A stretch of DNA of 62,848 nt, the filler included. It is 4 parts of 4 records of this genome, joined end to end, with 100 filler letters (N's around TTAATTAATTAA, not from the genome) between each part and the next. Parts side by side here need not be neighbours in the genome. Positions count along the whole stretch, not along the records: positions 27,585 to 47,876 come from DRR723986_3294; 3 more parts are not named here. The stretch is one strand, 5' to 3'. The notes beneath the pieces were generated by a model that was not told where the DNA came from, did no database searches, and saw nothing but the letters and a program-made list of their open reading frames with translations. Within the stretch, counting starts at the first letter, position 1. Every line of letters starts with the position of its first letter. Made by a program: the position numbers and the translations under genes. Of the stretch, positions 32,811 through 43,184 are shown one piece after another.

Positions 32811-33920
32811 GTGAAACACTCCATCGCAATTATTCCCGGCGACGGCATCGGTCAGGAAATTATGCCAGAAGCACTGAAGGTGCTGGCTTGGGCTGAAAAA
32901 ACCCATGGCATCACGCTGGAGTTGCATCACAAAGACTGGGCACACTGCAATTACTACCTGAAACACGGCAGCATGATGCCCGAGGACTGGAAGCCCCAAC
33001 TTGAGGCCTGTGAGGCCATTTTGTTCGGCGCGGTGGGCATGCCCCACCTGGTCCCCGATCACATTTCCCTGTGGGGCTCGCTGCTGCGATACCGACGTGA
33101 ATTTGACCAGTATGTGAACTTGCGCCCGGTGAAATTATTGCCTGGCGCACCCTGCCCCTTGGCCAACAAAAAACCCGGAGACATCGATTTCGTGGTGGTT
33201 CGGGAAAATACCGAAGGCGAATACTCGGCGGTGGGTGGCCGCATGTTCGAAGGCACTGACCGTGAAATTGTGCTGCAGGAAAGTGTGTTCACCCGCCACG
33301 GTGTCGACCGTGTGCTGAAGTTTGCATTTGAAATGGCGCAAAACCGGCCTCGCAAGAAATTGACTGCCGCCACCAAAAGCAACGGCATTGCAATCAGCAT
33401 GCCCTACTGGGATGAGCGCGTAGACAACATGGCCAAAGGCTACCCAGAGGTGACCTACGACAAACAACATGTGGACATTCTGGCCGCCCGGTTCGTGATG
33501 CAACCCGAGCGTTTTGATGTGGTCGTAGCCAGCAACCTGTTCGGCGACATTCTCAGCGACCTGGGGCCAGCCTGCACTGGCACGATTGGCCTGGCTCCCT
33601 CCGCCAACTTGAATCCGGACCGCACGTTCCCGTCGCTGTTTGAGCCCGTGCATGGTTCAGCGCCAGACATCGCTGGCAAAGGGATTGCCAACCCGATCGC
33701 CATGATTTGGTCGGCCGCCCTGATGATCCAGTTTCTGGGAGATAGCCCGGCAGTGGTGGCAGCGGGTCGCCAAACCCGCTACCAACTGGCCCATGACCAA
33801 ATTCTCGCTGCCATTGAACACGTGCTGGAAAGCGGTGACCCGGCCGTATTGACAGGTGACCTGAAGGGAAAAGGCACCACCAGAACCCTGGGCGATGCCA
33901 TCGTAAAAGCACTGGGCTAA
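32811..33920 (+). CDS. Tartrate dehydrogenase / D-malate dehydrogenase (decarboxylating)
   Basis: IPGDGIG, PDHISLWG, RENTEGEY, TKSNGI.ISMPYWD and FEPVHGSAPDI motifs. Confidence 0.92.
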   Translation: MKHSIAIIPGDGIGQEIMPEALKVLAWAEKTHGITLELHHKDWAHCNYYLKHGSMMPEDWKPQLEACEAILFGAVGMPHLVPDHISLWGSLLRYRREFDQYVNLRPVKLLPGAPCPLANKKPGDIDFVVVRENTEGEYSAVGGRMFEGTDREIVLQESVFTRHGVDRVLKFAFEMAQNRPRKKLTAATKSNGIAISMPYWDERVDNMAKGYPEVTYDKQHVDILAARFVMQPERFDVVVASNLFGDILSDLGPACTGTIGLAPSANLNPDRTFPSLFEPVHGSAPDIAGKGIANPIAMIWSAALMIQFLGDSPAVVAAGRQTRYQLAHDQILAAIEHVLESGDPAVLTGDLKGKGTTRTLGDAIVKALG

Positions 33921-33937
33921 AACCCGCTGATGCAGGC

Positions 33938-34582
33938 CTAGTTCGCCCCGTTCTTGGCCAGGTACCAACCTGTGTGAGTGGGGCGAAGGGCCATTTCAAT
34001 CACAAAGCTGGGCTGCAATGTACCTGCGATTGCAGTGCCCGTACTCAAGGTAAACACAGAGGGGTCGAACGACTCGACCTTCAGGTTCTTGAAGTGGTTC
34101 AACATGTGGGCGTCTTTCAAGCTGGCTTCGAAACGTGCTGAAACCGCGTCTTCCTGGCCAAATGGCTTGTTTTGAATATAGTCGACTGTTTTTTCAACCC
34201 ACAGGCGACCAAAACACAAGGCTTCGTTGTCACCCTGAGGGCCTTGCCTGAAATGAACACCTTCCAGTTTTTTCAAACCGCTGGAGGGCATGATCACCCA
34301 GCGGCCATCCCGGGTTTGAAAAATATCGAGTAAACCCGACAAATCCCAAGCCTTGACCTCGCGGGCCAATGCGCTGTTGGCAGGCACCTGGTCACGGGCG
34401 TACTGTTCGATTGCTTCCGGACTGGGCAAACGCGCGCACAAGGCACCGTGGCTCAAAATGAAAGTTTCAGCCCTTGCGCCTTTGAGCAAGTTGTCTTCAT
34501 TCAAATTGGTGCGCGGGTTGCAAGCCATCAGCAAACCAGCAGACAAAGCCAGGGCAATCCAGTTAAAAACAGGGCGGATCAT
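33938..34582 (-). CDS. Hypothetical lipoprotein
   Basis: 214-aa ORF with signal peptide and lipobox LMAC; co-oriented downstream of the T6SS/caspase genes. Confidence 0.7.
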   Translation of the reverse strand: MIRPVFNWIALALSAGLLMACNPRTNLNEDNLLKGARAETFILSHGALCARLPSPEAIEQYARDQVPANSALAREVKAWDLSGLLDIFQTRDGRWVIMPSSGLKKLEGVHFRQGPQGDNEALCFGRLWVEKTVDYIQNKPFGQEDAVSARFEASLKDAHMLNHFKNLKVESFDPSVFTLSTGTAIAGTLQPSFVIEMALRPTHTGWYLAKNGAN

Positions 34583-34663
34583 TTTCAGGTTCCTTTTTCA
34601 CTTACAAACATTGTGAATCTTTGTAAGGCAATTGAAACCTCAAAATAAGCTGTAAAGGGCAGC

Positions 34664-36136
34664 CTATTTACGCGCATGCCCCAAGGCACGGGGTGGCGTA
34701 TAACCCAGGTGCCTGGCGCGGGCCTCGGCTTGAGCCGCCAACAAGGGCTGCGCAGCCTCACGGTAGTACAGCGCCAGCTCGTAGCTTGCAATGCCGTTTC
34801 CCAAACCGCCCGCATACTGCAACCAACCCACGTAACGAAGTTGACCTTGCTCAGCATCCATCTCGCGGTGCAAACGGGCAATGCGGGCTGCTGCATCTTT
34901 GTCACCCCGTGCGGCCCGAACCAGATCGGCGGTCGCATCAACCTGTAACTCGGAGGGCATTGACTGGGGAAGCACAAAACTGGTTCTAAACAGCTTGACC
35001 TCTTTGTGTCGCAACACACTCAAGGCCTGCTGGGCACCGGCCTGATAAACCATGACAGACCTTGCCTGGATACTGTTCGGGTAAGACGCCAGAAAAGCCT
35101 GACACAAGCGAAGCAGATCAACAGGCCACTGTGTTGACTGGATTGCATTCCAATCAGCCTCTTCCTGAGGCAACATGGGCGGAGGCGCGGAAACGCCCGG
35201 GAGTGCCGAAAGATGCACCGCCAACGGAACCTGCGCACGGGCATTGTCAGCGATGAACGGGGTTTGAGCCAAACGTCGAATTGCAGCAAGGGGGTGCTTC
35301 AGCATGGTGTTCTCTACGTCCTGCTTCACCATCCGGAACAGATCATTAAAAGTGATGTGCGCTGCCGACTCCCTAAGCAGTTTCACCAAAGCACCTGTGT
35401 AGAAGGTGTTCTGATCAGCGCTGGCCGGAGACACGGCAGGTTTGCCAGCCCCGGTTGAAAAACACACCAAGCTGCCCAAAGGCGCTTCCACCTGATTCAG
35501 ACCCTCGCCATCGCCCAAGGCATGGCGCAAATCGGTTCGACATGCGTCTATCACCGTGATGTTCAAGGCCTGCGGCCTGGGTGGCAGTGCAGCCAGCAAG
35601 GTTTGCTGAAGCACCAGGGAGCGCGCCAGTAAATCACGGCGAGGTGCCGTGGGGTTCACCCCCGAGCCCAACAGCAAATTGTTGGAGTCCAACTGCAAAC
35701 CGTGGCCTGCGTAATAAAACAGGGTAACTGCGGTTGGAGGCGCAAGCGCGACCCGCTTCACAAATTCGGTCACTGTGGTTTGCAGGCTGCCTTCATCCAG
35801 ATTCATGGCCTGGGTGACATCAAAACCCCGAAAGGCCAATGCCTCGCCAAGGTCCATCACATTCTTGTGAATGGGCGGCAAATCGTGCGGAACCGGGTAA
35901 TCACCATTGCCGATCAACAAAGCCAGCCTGTGCGTGTAGGGCGCAGCCGAATCGCTTGGCAGGCTGCCAGCCTGGGTGGGTGGCAAGCGAAAAACCAAAG
36001 GCGGCACTGACACCATACCCGCCAGGCCCAACAAAGTTTGCAGTGCACTTCGCCGGCCGGGCAACTGCGGCAACGTTGAGCACGGCAGTTTTATTGTGGT
36101 CGTTTTAGTCGTACTGGTACGTGAACTCGTGGCCAT
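34664..36136 (-). CDS. Caspase-family (Peptidase C14) protease with twin-arginine-like signal and Sel1-like C-terminus
   Basis: ALLIGNGDY, FYYAGHG (catalytic His) and VIDACR (catalytic Cys); GRRSALQTLLGL; C-terminal helical A..LGNG.ASYELALYY. Confidence 0.88.
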   Translation of the reverse strand: MATSSRTSTTKTTTIKLPCSTLPQLPGRRSALQTLLGLAGMVSVPPLVFRLPPTQAGSLPSDSAAPYTHRLALLIGNGDYPVPHDLPPIHKNVMDLGEALAFRGFDVTQAMNLDEGSLQTTVTEFVKRVALAPPTAVTLFYYAGHGLQLDSNNLLLGSGVNPTAPRRDLLARSLVLQQTLLAALPPRPQALNITVIDACRTDLRHALGDGEGLNQVEAPLGSLVCFSTGAGKPAVSPASADQNTFYTGALVKLLRESAAHITFNDLFRMVKQDVENTMLKHPLAAIRRLAQTPFIADNARAQVPLAVHLSALPGVSAPPPMLPQEEADWNAIQSTQWPVDLLRLCQAFLASYPNSIQARSVMVYQAGAQQALSVLRHKEVKLFRTSFVLPQSMPSELQVDATADLVRAARGDKDAAARIARLHREMDAEQGQLRYVGWLQYAGGLGNGIASYELALYYREAAQPLLAAQAEARARHLGYTPPRALGHARK

Positions 36137-38771
36137 CGGTGCTGATATTCAATGTGTTGACTGATTTGCCCAGCAGCGTGGCCTGCAACAATTGACGGCT
36201 CACTGTGGGCAACAAAGTGTTGCTCAAAATGGTGCCCACCATGCGCCCGCCTGAGTCAGCCTCGTTGCAACGGACCACAATACGTTCAATCACCGAAGGG
36301 TCAATTTGAACCGCCATTCGGTGTGTAGAAGCAATGCGTTGCTGAATGCGGCTTAACTGCAAGCGAACGATGTTGGCCAGCATGTCACTGGAAAGCGGGT
36401 AATACGGCACCACTTCCAGCCGCCCCAACAAGGCAGGTGGAAACACTTGCAACATGGGTGCACGCAGGGCCTTCACAAGTTCCTCGGGTTCAGGCATTTC
36501 TCCAGTGTTCAAACCCCGTTTGCAAAGCGCCATTAATTCAGGGGTGCCCACATTCGTTGTCAACAAAATCAGGGTGTTTCGAAAATCAATTCGACGTCCT
36601 TCGCCGTCCTCCATCCAGCCTTTGTCAAACACCTGAAAAAACAGCTCGTGCACATCGGGGTGGGCTTTCTCGACCTCATCGAGCAACACCACGCTGTAGG
36701 GCTTTCGGCGCACAGCCTCGGTCAACACACCGCCTTCGCCATACCCCACATAACCGGGTGGCGCGCCTTTCAGTGAAGACACGGTGTGCGCCTCTTGGTA
36801 TTCACTCATATTGATGGTGATCACATTGTGCTCACCACCGTACAGGTTCTCGGCCAGGGCCAACGCGGTTTCTGTTTTGCCCACGCCCGAAGTACCCGCC
36901 AACAAGAACACGCCCACCGGTTTGTTCGGGTCATCCAGACCGGCGCGACTAGTTTGAATTCGACGCGAAATGGTTTCCAGCGCATGCGACTGGCCCACAA
37001 TACGTGCACCCAGCGCGCTACTCAGGCTCAGCACGTTTTCAATTTCATTGCGCACCATGCGCCCAACGGGAATACCCGTCCAGTCGGCCACCACGGCCGC
37101 CACGCACTGCGCATCCACCTGTGGGTGAATCATGGGTGCTTCGCCTTGCAGCGCCTTGATCTCGCATTCCAGCGCCTTCAATTGCCCAAGATTGGACAAT
37201 GCCTGCCCACTGCTAGTTTCATTGGCATCTGTTCGATCAACGGCACGGCGCAAAGCCAGCAGGGAATCCAGTGCCCGCTTTTCGTCTTGCCATTGCGATT
37301 GCAACTTCTCCAATTCCTCAGTCAGCCTGATCGATGCTTCTTCAATTTCACCCATCCGTGCTGCGTGCTCACGCCCAAATGCTGCTTCCTTTTCAATCGC
37401 CTGTCGCTCAACACGCAAAGCAGTCAACCGCTTTTGAACCGACTCGATGGGTGCAGGTGTGGCGTGCTGGGAAACAGCCACGCGTGCGCATGCGGTGTCG
37501 AGCAGACTGATCGCCTTGTCTGGCAACTGCCGCGCAGGAATGTAACGGTGTGACAAACGCACCGCCGCCTGCACTGCTTCATCAAGCAGCCAAACCCCAT
37601 GGTGTAGCTGCATGGCTGCGGCCAAACCACGCAACATGTCGATGGCCTTGGCCTCGCAAGGCTCATCTACCTGCACCACCTGAAAACGCCGCGTCAGTGC
37701 CGGGTCTTTTTCGATGTATTTTTTGTACTCTGCCCAGGTTGTCGCCCCTATGGTTCGAAGCGTGCCACGCGCTAAGGCGGGCTTAAGCAAATTGGCGGCA
37801 TCACCAGTGCCCTGATTGCCACCAGCACCCACCAAGGTGTGCACCTCATCGATGAACAAAATGGTGCTTTGCTCGCTGGCCTGAATTTCATCAATCACCT
37901 GGCGTAGCCGCTGTTCGAACTCGCCTTTCATGGAAGCACCGGCCTGCAACAAACCCAGGTCGAGAGTTAATATTCGCACTCCTTGCAAAGCGGGTGGCAC
38001 ATCACCTGCCACCACCTGCAAGGCAAACCCTTCGACCACCGCAGTTTTGCCCACCCCCGCTTCACCAGTAATCAAGGGGTTGTTTTGACGACGACGCAGC
38101 AAAATATCGATGATCTGTCTCACCTCCAGTTCACGACCGCACACAGGGTCTATTTCACCCTTGCGCGCTTTGTCGGTCAGGTCCACGGTGTAGCGCGTCA
38201 AAGCCTCTTCGCCGCCCAATTGAGCAGCAGGCATGGCTCCACTGGCCTGCCCGGGCAGTGCACCCGATGGCACCTCGGCAGCCAACAAAGACTGCTCGGC
38301 GGAGTTTGCCACCAGTTGTGCAAAGTTTTCACTGAGCGCAGCCTCTGGAATCTGTTTGAAGCGGGATGAAATTTTCAGTAGTTCATGCAACAGAAAATCG
38401 GTTTTCAACAAGGCCACCAACACATGACCCGTGCGTACTTTCTGTGCGCCAAACATGAGTGAGGCATAAACCCAGGCCCTTTCTACGGCATTGGTCACAT
38501 GCTCAGACAAATCGGAAATAGCTTGCGCACCGCCGGGCTGACGCTCAAGGGCACGCTGCACATCCACAAGTACAGCGTTTGCATCCAGATCAAAATGGCG
38601 AAGAATGTGATGCCAGTCGCTGTCATCTTGTTGAAGAATTTGCGCAACCCAGTGCACCAATTGCACATAGGGATTACCTCGCAGTTTGCAAAGCACAGTG
38701 GCGCCTTCAACCGATTTGAATGCAATGGGATTTAATTTGGCAAACAGCGAAACACGGCTGATATTGCTCAT
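36105..38771 (-). CDS. tssH: T6SS AAA+ ATPase ClpV
   Basis: LRGNPYV.LVHW N-domain, RRRQNNP, Walker A GEAGVGKT and [20 protein letters not shown] overlap with tssG. Confidence 0.96.
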   Translation of the reverse strand: MSNISRVSLFAKLNPIAFKSVEGATVLCKLRGNPYVQLVHWVAQILQQDDSDWHHILRHFDLDANAVLVDVQRALERQPGGAQAISDLSEHVTNAVERAWVYASLMFGAQKVRTGHVLVALLKTDFLLHELLKISSRFKQIPEAALSENFAQLVANSAEQSLLAAEVPSGALPGQASGAMPAAQLGGEEALTRYTVDLTDKARKGEIDPVCGRELEVRQIIDILLRRRQNNPLITGEAGVGKTAVVEGFALQVVAGDVPPALQGVRILTLDLGLLQAGASMKGEFEQRLRQVIDEIQASEQSTILFIDEVHTLVGAGGNQGTGDAANLLKPALARGTLRTIGATTWAEYKKYIEKDPALTRRFQVVQVDEPCEAKAIDMLRGLAAAMQLHHGVWLLDEAVQAAVRLSHRYIPARQLPDKAISLLDTACARVAVSQHATPAPIESVQKRLTALRVERQAIEKEAAFGREHAARMGEIEEASIRLTEELEKLQSQWQDEKRALDSLLALRRAVDRTDANETSSGQALSNLGQLKALECEIKALQGEAPMIHPQVDAQCVAAVVADWTGIPVGRMVRNEIENVLSLSSALGARIVGQSHALETISRRIQTSRAGLDDPNKPVGVFLLAGTSGVGKTETALALAENLYGGEHNVITINMSEYQEAHTVSSLKGAPPGYVGYGEGGVLTEAVRRKPYSVVLLDEVEKAHPDVHELFFQVFDKGWMEDGEGRRIDFRNTLILLTTNVGTPELMALCKRGLNTGEMPEPEELVKALRAPMLQVFPPALLGRLEVVPYYPLSSDMLANIVRLQLSRIQQRIASTHRMAVQIDPSVIERIVVRCNEADSGGRMVGTILSNTLLPTVSRQLLQATLLGKSVNTLNISTDGHEFTYQYD

Positions 38772-39772
38772 GCTGAACTCCGGGACAATGAAGAATAGGT
38801 GGGAACCGCAGGACATTTCATGCGAACGGTGGTCGGCTGTTGCGCGCGTTTGTGCAGCTGTAGTTCACCCAGCCATGCCGTGCGCCCCAACTGGGCTGTG
38901 CCGTCAAGGCAAGCTTGCGGAATTTGGTCAGGGCTGATTTGAAGTGCAAATTCACAATCAAACTCAAGCCCCAGGTAGGCATGGGCTGCCTGCACAAGGC
39001 GCTTGCGGCCTTCGGTGGCGGGCAACAGTTGTTGGTAAGCGTTGTAGGCCATGGGGCCAATCTCAATTTTTATTTTGGTTTGCGCGCACCACACCCTGCT
39101 GCCAAGCATGGCCCCACGCCCAAGCACTTGTGGGCCAGCCTGCACAGGCAATTGCAGCCATTGCGCCTGAAAGGGAAAAATTTGCACCGGCAAACCAGTC
39201 AAGGCCGACAGGCTGTTGACCAGGCCTTCCTGTGTTTTGCTTCGCCGGGTGAAGTGCGCTGCCAGACTGGCGCGAAAATGCGTGGGCAAGGCCTCGCGCC
39301 CCCAGCTGGATAATGCACCATGGCCCACCAAACTATTCAAATGCTGCGCAAACGGATTGAACGTGTGGCGGTGATAGGCAATGTGGGGTTGCGACTCGGC
39401 CCATGCCCTGTAAAACAACAAATAAGCCCTATGGTGAAAGATATCCAGAAACTCGGCGAATGTGGGGTCGTTCCACTGGTGAATCCGCGTGTAGGCATGT
39501 TCTGTGTAATGCAGTGGCAAGGCGCCGTTGGGGCCCAACAAACCGAAATTCTGGATGTACAACTTTGGAATCGCACCCAAACGCCCAGCCACAATGGTGT
39601 CTTCGCGTTTGAAATCTTGCGTGGCGAAATCAAGGTAGGGTCGCTGCCCCAAACGCACAGGGTCATCACGCAGGCGCAATGATTTTCCAAGCAAAGGCTT
39701 GCCCGAATGGGCATGTTCAATTTGCCGCAGCAAGGCAAAAAAATTCGGGGCAGGTGGTTTGAGCGCGCTCAT
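38768..39772 (-). CDS. tssG: T6SS baseplate subunit TssG
   Basis: FGLLGPNGALPLHYTE, FLDIFHHR..LFYRAW and LGRTAWLG motifs. Confidence 0.95.
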   Translation of the reverse strand: MSALKPPAPNFFALLRQIEHAHSGKPLLGKSLRLRDDPVRLGQRPYLDFATQDFKREDTIVAGRLGAIPKLYIQNFGLLGPNGALPLHYTEHAYTRIHQWNDPTFAEFLDIFHHRAYLLFYRAWAESQPHIAYHRHTFNPFAQHLNSLVGHGALSSWGREALPTHFRASLAAHFTRRSKTQEGLVNSLSALTGLPVQIFPFQAQWLQLPVQAGPQVLGRGAMLGSRVWCAQTKIKIEIGPMAYNAYQQLLPATEGRKRLVQAAHAYLGLEFDCEFALQISPDQIPQACLDGTAQLGRTAWLGELQLHKRAQQPTTVRMKCPAVPTYSSLSRSSA

Positions 39773-39786
39773 TTGTACAAGCCTTG

Positions 39787-41643
39787 CTACAGCAAAGGCC
39801 GGTTGCCCGACCGTGCAGGAAAATCAAACACTGCGCCCGTGCTGTGCAGACGTACCCGGGTTTGCACAAATGAATTCACCGACACATGGCTTGCAAGGTA
39901 GAAGGCCAGCACACTGCCCAGCACCAGGGCACCAGTGCCCTGCAAGGCCAGTTCATCCAGTGTGAGCGTAACCAGCAAGCCACGCACCACAGCTGGCCTG
40001 CCTTGGCGCACAACGCGCGACACCAGTGGTTGCGACTCAACTGCCAGAATGGCCCTGGCCATGTGTTGATGAGCCTGCTGCGCAGGGTCGGCGTGCAAGG
40101 CCAAAAGCTGCCCCAAGGCCAGGGCATCTTGATCGATTAAGCCAAGGTAGTTCAGTGACAAATGCTCGATCAACTGCCAGCAACTTTGCCCGCCATACAT
40201 GGCCGCCTTCGGACGGCTGGGGCCGCGCAAAAAGCGAATGGAGTGAAGGGGCAAGTTGCCGGGCCAGGCCAGGTCTGTGGGCCCTTGCCCCACGGGCATC
40301 AGCAAGGGCAAATCCCGATTGGTACACAAGGCCCGCACGGCAAGCTGTTCAAACCCGTGTGTTTGAATGAGTTCACCAGTGGGCAAGGTCAGTCCAAGGT
40401 AAACATCACTGCCTGAGTACGAGGAACGACCACCCTCGCGCACTTGTTTTTCTGACAGCAAAGTGGGCACACGCCGGTGTACGAATCTGGGCGTTTCGCA
40501 ATCGGCAGGAGGGTTGGCTTGGTTCGGCACCGCATACAAGGGCGGCAATTCCTGCACCTTGTTTTGTCCATACCCCTGCACGCCCAGCACCGAGTGCACT
40601 TCAAAATCGTGTGGCTTGCTGCGATTGGGCTGCACTTGCACTTCATGCAAACGTTCATCCAGCAACACGCGGTCGCAATTCTGTTCAAACAAATTGACCA
40701 CAGGGGTGCAATTCAAGGCCAATGAATCCACTCCCACCACACGGTCTAGCTCGGTATTTGGCTCGGCAAAACAGAAGGCCAGCTGAAATGTGGAATGCTG
40801 GCAACTGGCCAGAAAACGCCTTAAACCTTGAACACGGAAAAACAGAAATCGGGCCGGAAACGCAAAAAACTCCTGCAACAAACGCATGCCACTGAACTGG
40901 TTTGAATGGACCGGGAGCAGTGCCTCGGAATCATCAAGCCCCAAAGCAGCAACACATGGAAGAGGTAACCATTTCCAATCGACTTGTTCAGGTGCACGAA
41001 TGCCAACCGAGACAGTTTGATGACACAACCTTTCAAGGAGTGCGTAGGCGTATTCATCACCACAACTGACATGAAAATCGAGTTCATCCAATGGCAGTTG
41101 GGACAATGCAGAGTGCGTTGAATTCTCGATGGTGACCAGCAAAGCTGACCGTGGCTGCTTGCCACCCCGCATGGTTGGCACATGGGCCTTGAAAGGGCCG
41201 TGTTCAATGGCCTGAATGACCAAGGGCCACAAGGTTAAACTGTGCCCAACCCTGAACTTGCAGGGCGTGTTGATGCCCTTGGCCACCTGGCTTTGCAGCA
41301 CGGTGCCGGCTGAAAGTGAAATGCCTTTTTTCAGGGCAACATCGCTGTGATTGGGATTGAGTTGCACCACCCCCATGGCGGGCACAGGGGCTAAAAAATT
41401 CGGGCTGATGCAGTTGAGCAATTGCTCGGTAAACCGCGGAAACTCCTCGTTCAAGCGAAGCTGAACCCGGGCAGTCAGAAAAGCAAAACCCTCCAGCAAT
41501 CTTTCAACATAGGGGTCTTGTACCTCGGTTGCATCCATCGACAGGCGCGACGCAATTTTAGGAAAGCGCGCAGCGAACTCGGCACCCGTGTCGCGCACGT
41601 GAGCAAGCTCCTGAATATAAAACTGAAGTAAACGCGGGTCCAT
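39787..41643 (-). CDS. tssF: T6SS baseplate subunit TssF
   Basis: EFAARFPKIA, DPYVERLLEGFAFL, LLQEFFAFP, CTNRDLP and SVNSF motifs. Confidence 0.96.
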   Translation of the reverse strand: MDPRLLQFYIQELAHVRDTGAEFAARFPKIASRLSMDATEVQDPYVERLLEGFAFLTARVQLRLNEEFPRFTEQLLNCISPNFLAPVPAMGVVQLNPNHSDVALKKGISLSAGTVLQSQVAKGINTPCKFRVGHSLTLWPLVIQAIEHGPFKAHVPTMRGGKQPRSALLVTIENSTHSALSQLPLDELDFHVSCGDEYAYALLERLCHQTVSVGIRAPEQVDWKWLPLPCVAALGLDDSEALLPVHSNQFSGMRLLQEFFAFPARFLFFRVQGLRRFLASCQHSTFQLAFCFAEPNTELDRVVGVDSLALNCTPVVNLFEQNCDRVLLDERLHEVQVQPNRSKPHDFEVHSVLGVQGYGQNKVQELPPLYAVPNQANPPADCETPRFVHRRVPTLLSEKQVREGGRSSYSGSDVYLGLTLPTGELIQTHGFEQLAVRALCTNRDLPLLMPVGQGPTDLAWPGNLPLHSIRFLRGPSRPKAAMYGGQSCWQLIEHLSLNYLGLIDQDALALGQLLALHADPAQQAHQHMARAILAVESQPLVSRVVRQGRPAVVRGLLVTLTLDELALQGTGALVLGSVLAFYLASHVSVNSFVQTRVRLHSTGAVFDFPARSGNRPLL

Positions 41644-41663
41644 GCTGCTTCGATGCCCGCGGC

Positions 41664-42167
41664 TCAGAAACCTGAGAGCGGCAACAACAGCACCTTGCCG
41701 GTTTCAAGATCCACTTCAGTGCGCAACATCAATTCGATTGGGTAGGGCTGAGCCCACAACAAACCGGAAATACGCAGGCCAATCACATTGTGCAAATGCA
41801 TCAAACCTTGTTGGGTTTCCGCCGTTACTTTCAATGAACTTCCATCGATTCGCGGTTCGAACCGCCGAATAAGATTGGCCACGGTTCGTTCAAAATCTTT
41901 GACATCGATCATGGACGCAATTTTTCCGGCCACCGGGGGCATGCCATAAGCCAGCACAGACTCATTCAATTGCGGCTGACCCTCAAGACACTTGCTGTCA
42001 AGAACACGGGTTGCGTTCAGCAACTGCTCGAGATCGCGCAGCACCAGCTGACGCAGCGCCTCTTTGGTAATGAAGCGGCGATTGGCAGATTCAGTTTGAA
42101 GGGCGGGCTCGTCATCCTGAAGACGATCCAGCAAGGCTGGTTGCAGCGCGTCCCTAGACTTACTCAT
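41664..42167 (-). CDS. tssE: T6SS baseplate subunit TssE (gp25-like)
   Basis: PALLDRLQD, RDLEQLLN, YGMP, FEPRI and DLETG motifs. Confidence 0.93.
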   Translation of the reverse strand: MSKSRDALQPALLDRLQDDEPALQTESANRRFITKEALRQLVLRDLEQLLNATRVLDSKCLEGQPQLNESVLAYGMPPVAGKIASMIDVKDFERTVANLIRRFEPRIDGSSLKVTAETQQGLMHLHNVIGLRISGLLWAQPYPIELMLRTEVDLETGKVLLLPLSGF

Positions 42168-42642
42168 ACACGTCAATGTAAGTGCAGGCACCTGCCTTTA
42201 AATTGGCTGCCGACTTGGGGGTATACACGACTTCGATTTCCTTGAATGCAATCGAGAATGACTCCCCGACCTGCCGGCCATCGCTTGCACTGCCTGTGAT
42301 TTCATAATCGCAAATACGCGCCTTGCGCAAAGTTATACGCAAGTAATCAATGGTTGCAAGGCCACCAGGGTCGCGACAAGTGAGTACCACTTTGCTCAGC
42401 AGCTCTGCGGATTTCAAGGCACTCATGATTGCGGTGGTCGAACTGTCGATCGCCTTTTGCACGCTCAATGTGCGCACCGAGGCTTTGGATGCAAGTTGCG
42501 ATGATGAATGAACCTGCTGGGACATGCCCCAGGACCACCCCGCGATTTCTATTTCACCCACATGACCACTGACCTGACTTTCCCCTTGGATGGCCCCTTG
42601 GCGGGAACCATCCAGGGCCAGGAACATATCAACTTTCGACAT
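42160..42642 (-). CDS. hcp: T6SS tube protein Hcp, second divergent copy
   Basis: DMFL, IQGES, EIEIAGWSWGMSQ, KAIDSST and ESFSIAF motifs. Confidence 0.88.
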   Translation of the reverse strand: MSKVDMFLALDGSRQGAIQGESQVSGHVGEIEIAGWSWGMSQQVHSSSQLASKASVRTLSVQKAIDSSTTAIMSALKSAELLSKVVLTCRDPGGLATIDYLRITLRKARICDYEITGSASDGRQVGESFSIAFKEIEVVYTPKSAANLKAGACTYIDVYE

Positions 42643-42662
42643 TGTGTTTCCTGGCTGTCCGA

Positions 42663-43145
42663 TTACTTCTCGGAGTTGGTTGCAATATTGAATGTCGCTT
42701 CAACTTTGCCATCCGGGCCACCATCTTTCTTCTGTGGCACGTACACATAGCTGAACTCGGCAAAGTTCAAAGTCACGGTTTCTGTCAGGCGGTCTTCACC
42801 ACCAGAACCACCCTGACTTACGTTGGAGATGATGACATCTTTCATGGTCAGCACAACATATTCAAGTGGCTTCTCACCTGCCTTGCGCACGGTCAGAATG
42901 GCTTCGTCGAAATGCTTGCCGTTGCAACATGCCTTGATCAGGTTTGGCGTTGCCTTGTCAATGTACTTGGTGAAGCTGATGTCCTGAACGCTGACTTTGC
43001 CTGCACCACCACCACGGCCCACATGGGTTGTGCCCGACTGGGACATGCCCCAGCTCCAGGCGGCAATATCGATCTCTTTGGCATGTACGCTGTCTACGGA
43101 TTCGCCATCTACACCCTTGATTTTCAAAAACATGTCTACGGACAT
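42663..43145 (-). CDS. hcp: T6SS tube protein Hcp
   Basis: DMFLKI.GVDGES, WSWGMSQSG, KYIDKATP and ETVTLNF motifs. Confidence 0.95.
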   Translation of the reverse strand: MSVDMFLKIKGVDGESVDSVHAKEIDIAAWSWGMSQSGTTHVGRGGGAGKVSVQDISFTKYIDKATPNLIKACCNGKHFDEAILTVRKAGEKPLEYVVLTMKDVIISNVSQGGSGGEDRLTETVTLNFAEFSYVYVPQKKDGGPDGKVEATFNIATNSEK

Positions 43146-43184
43146 TGGATTCCCTCTGTAATTGGTTGATTAATAGTTCAAGTT

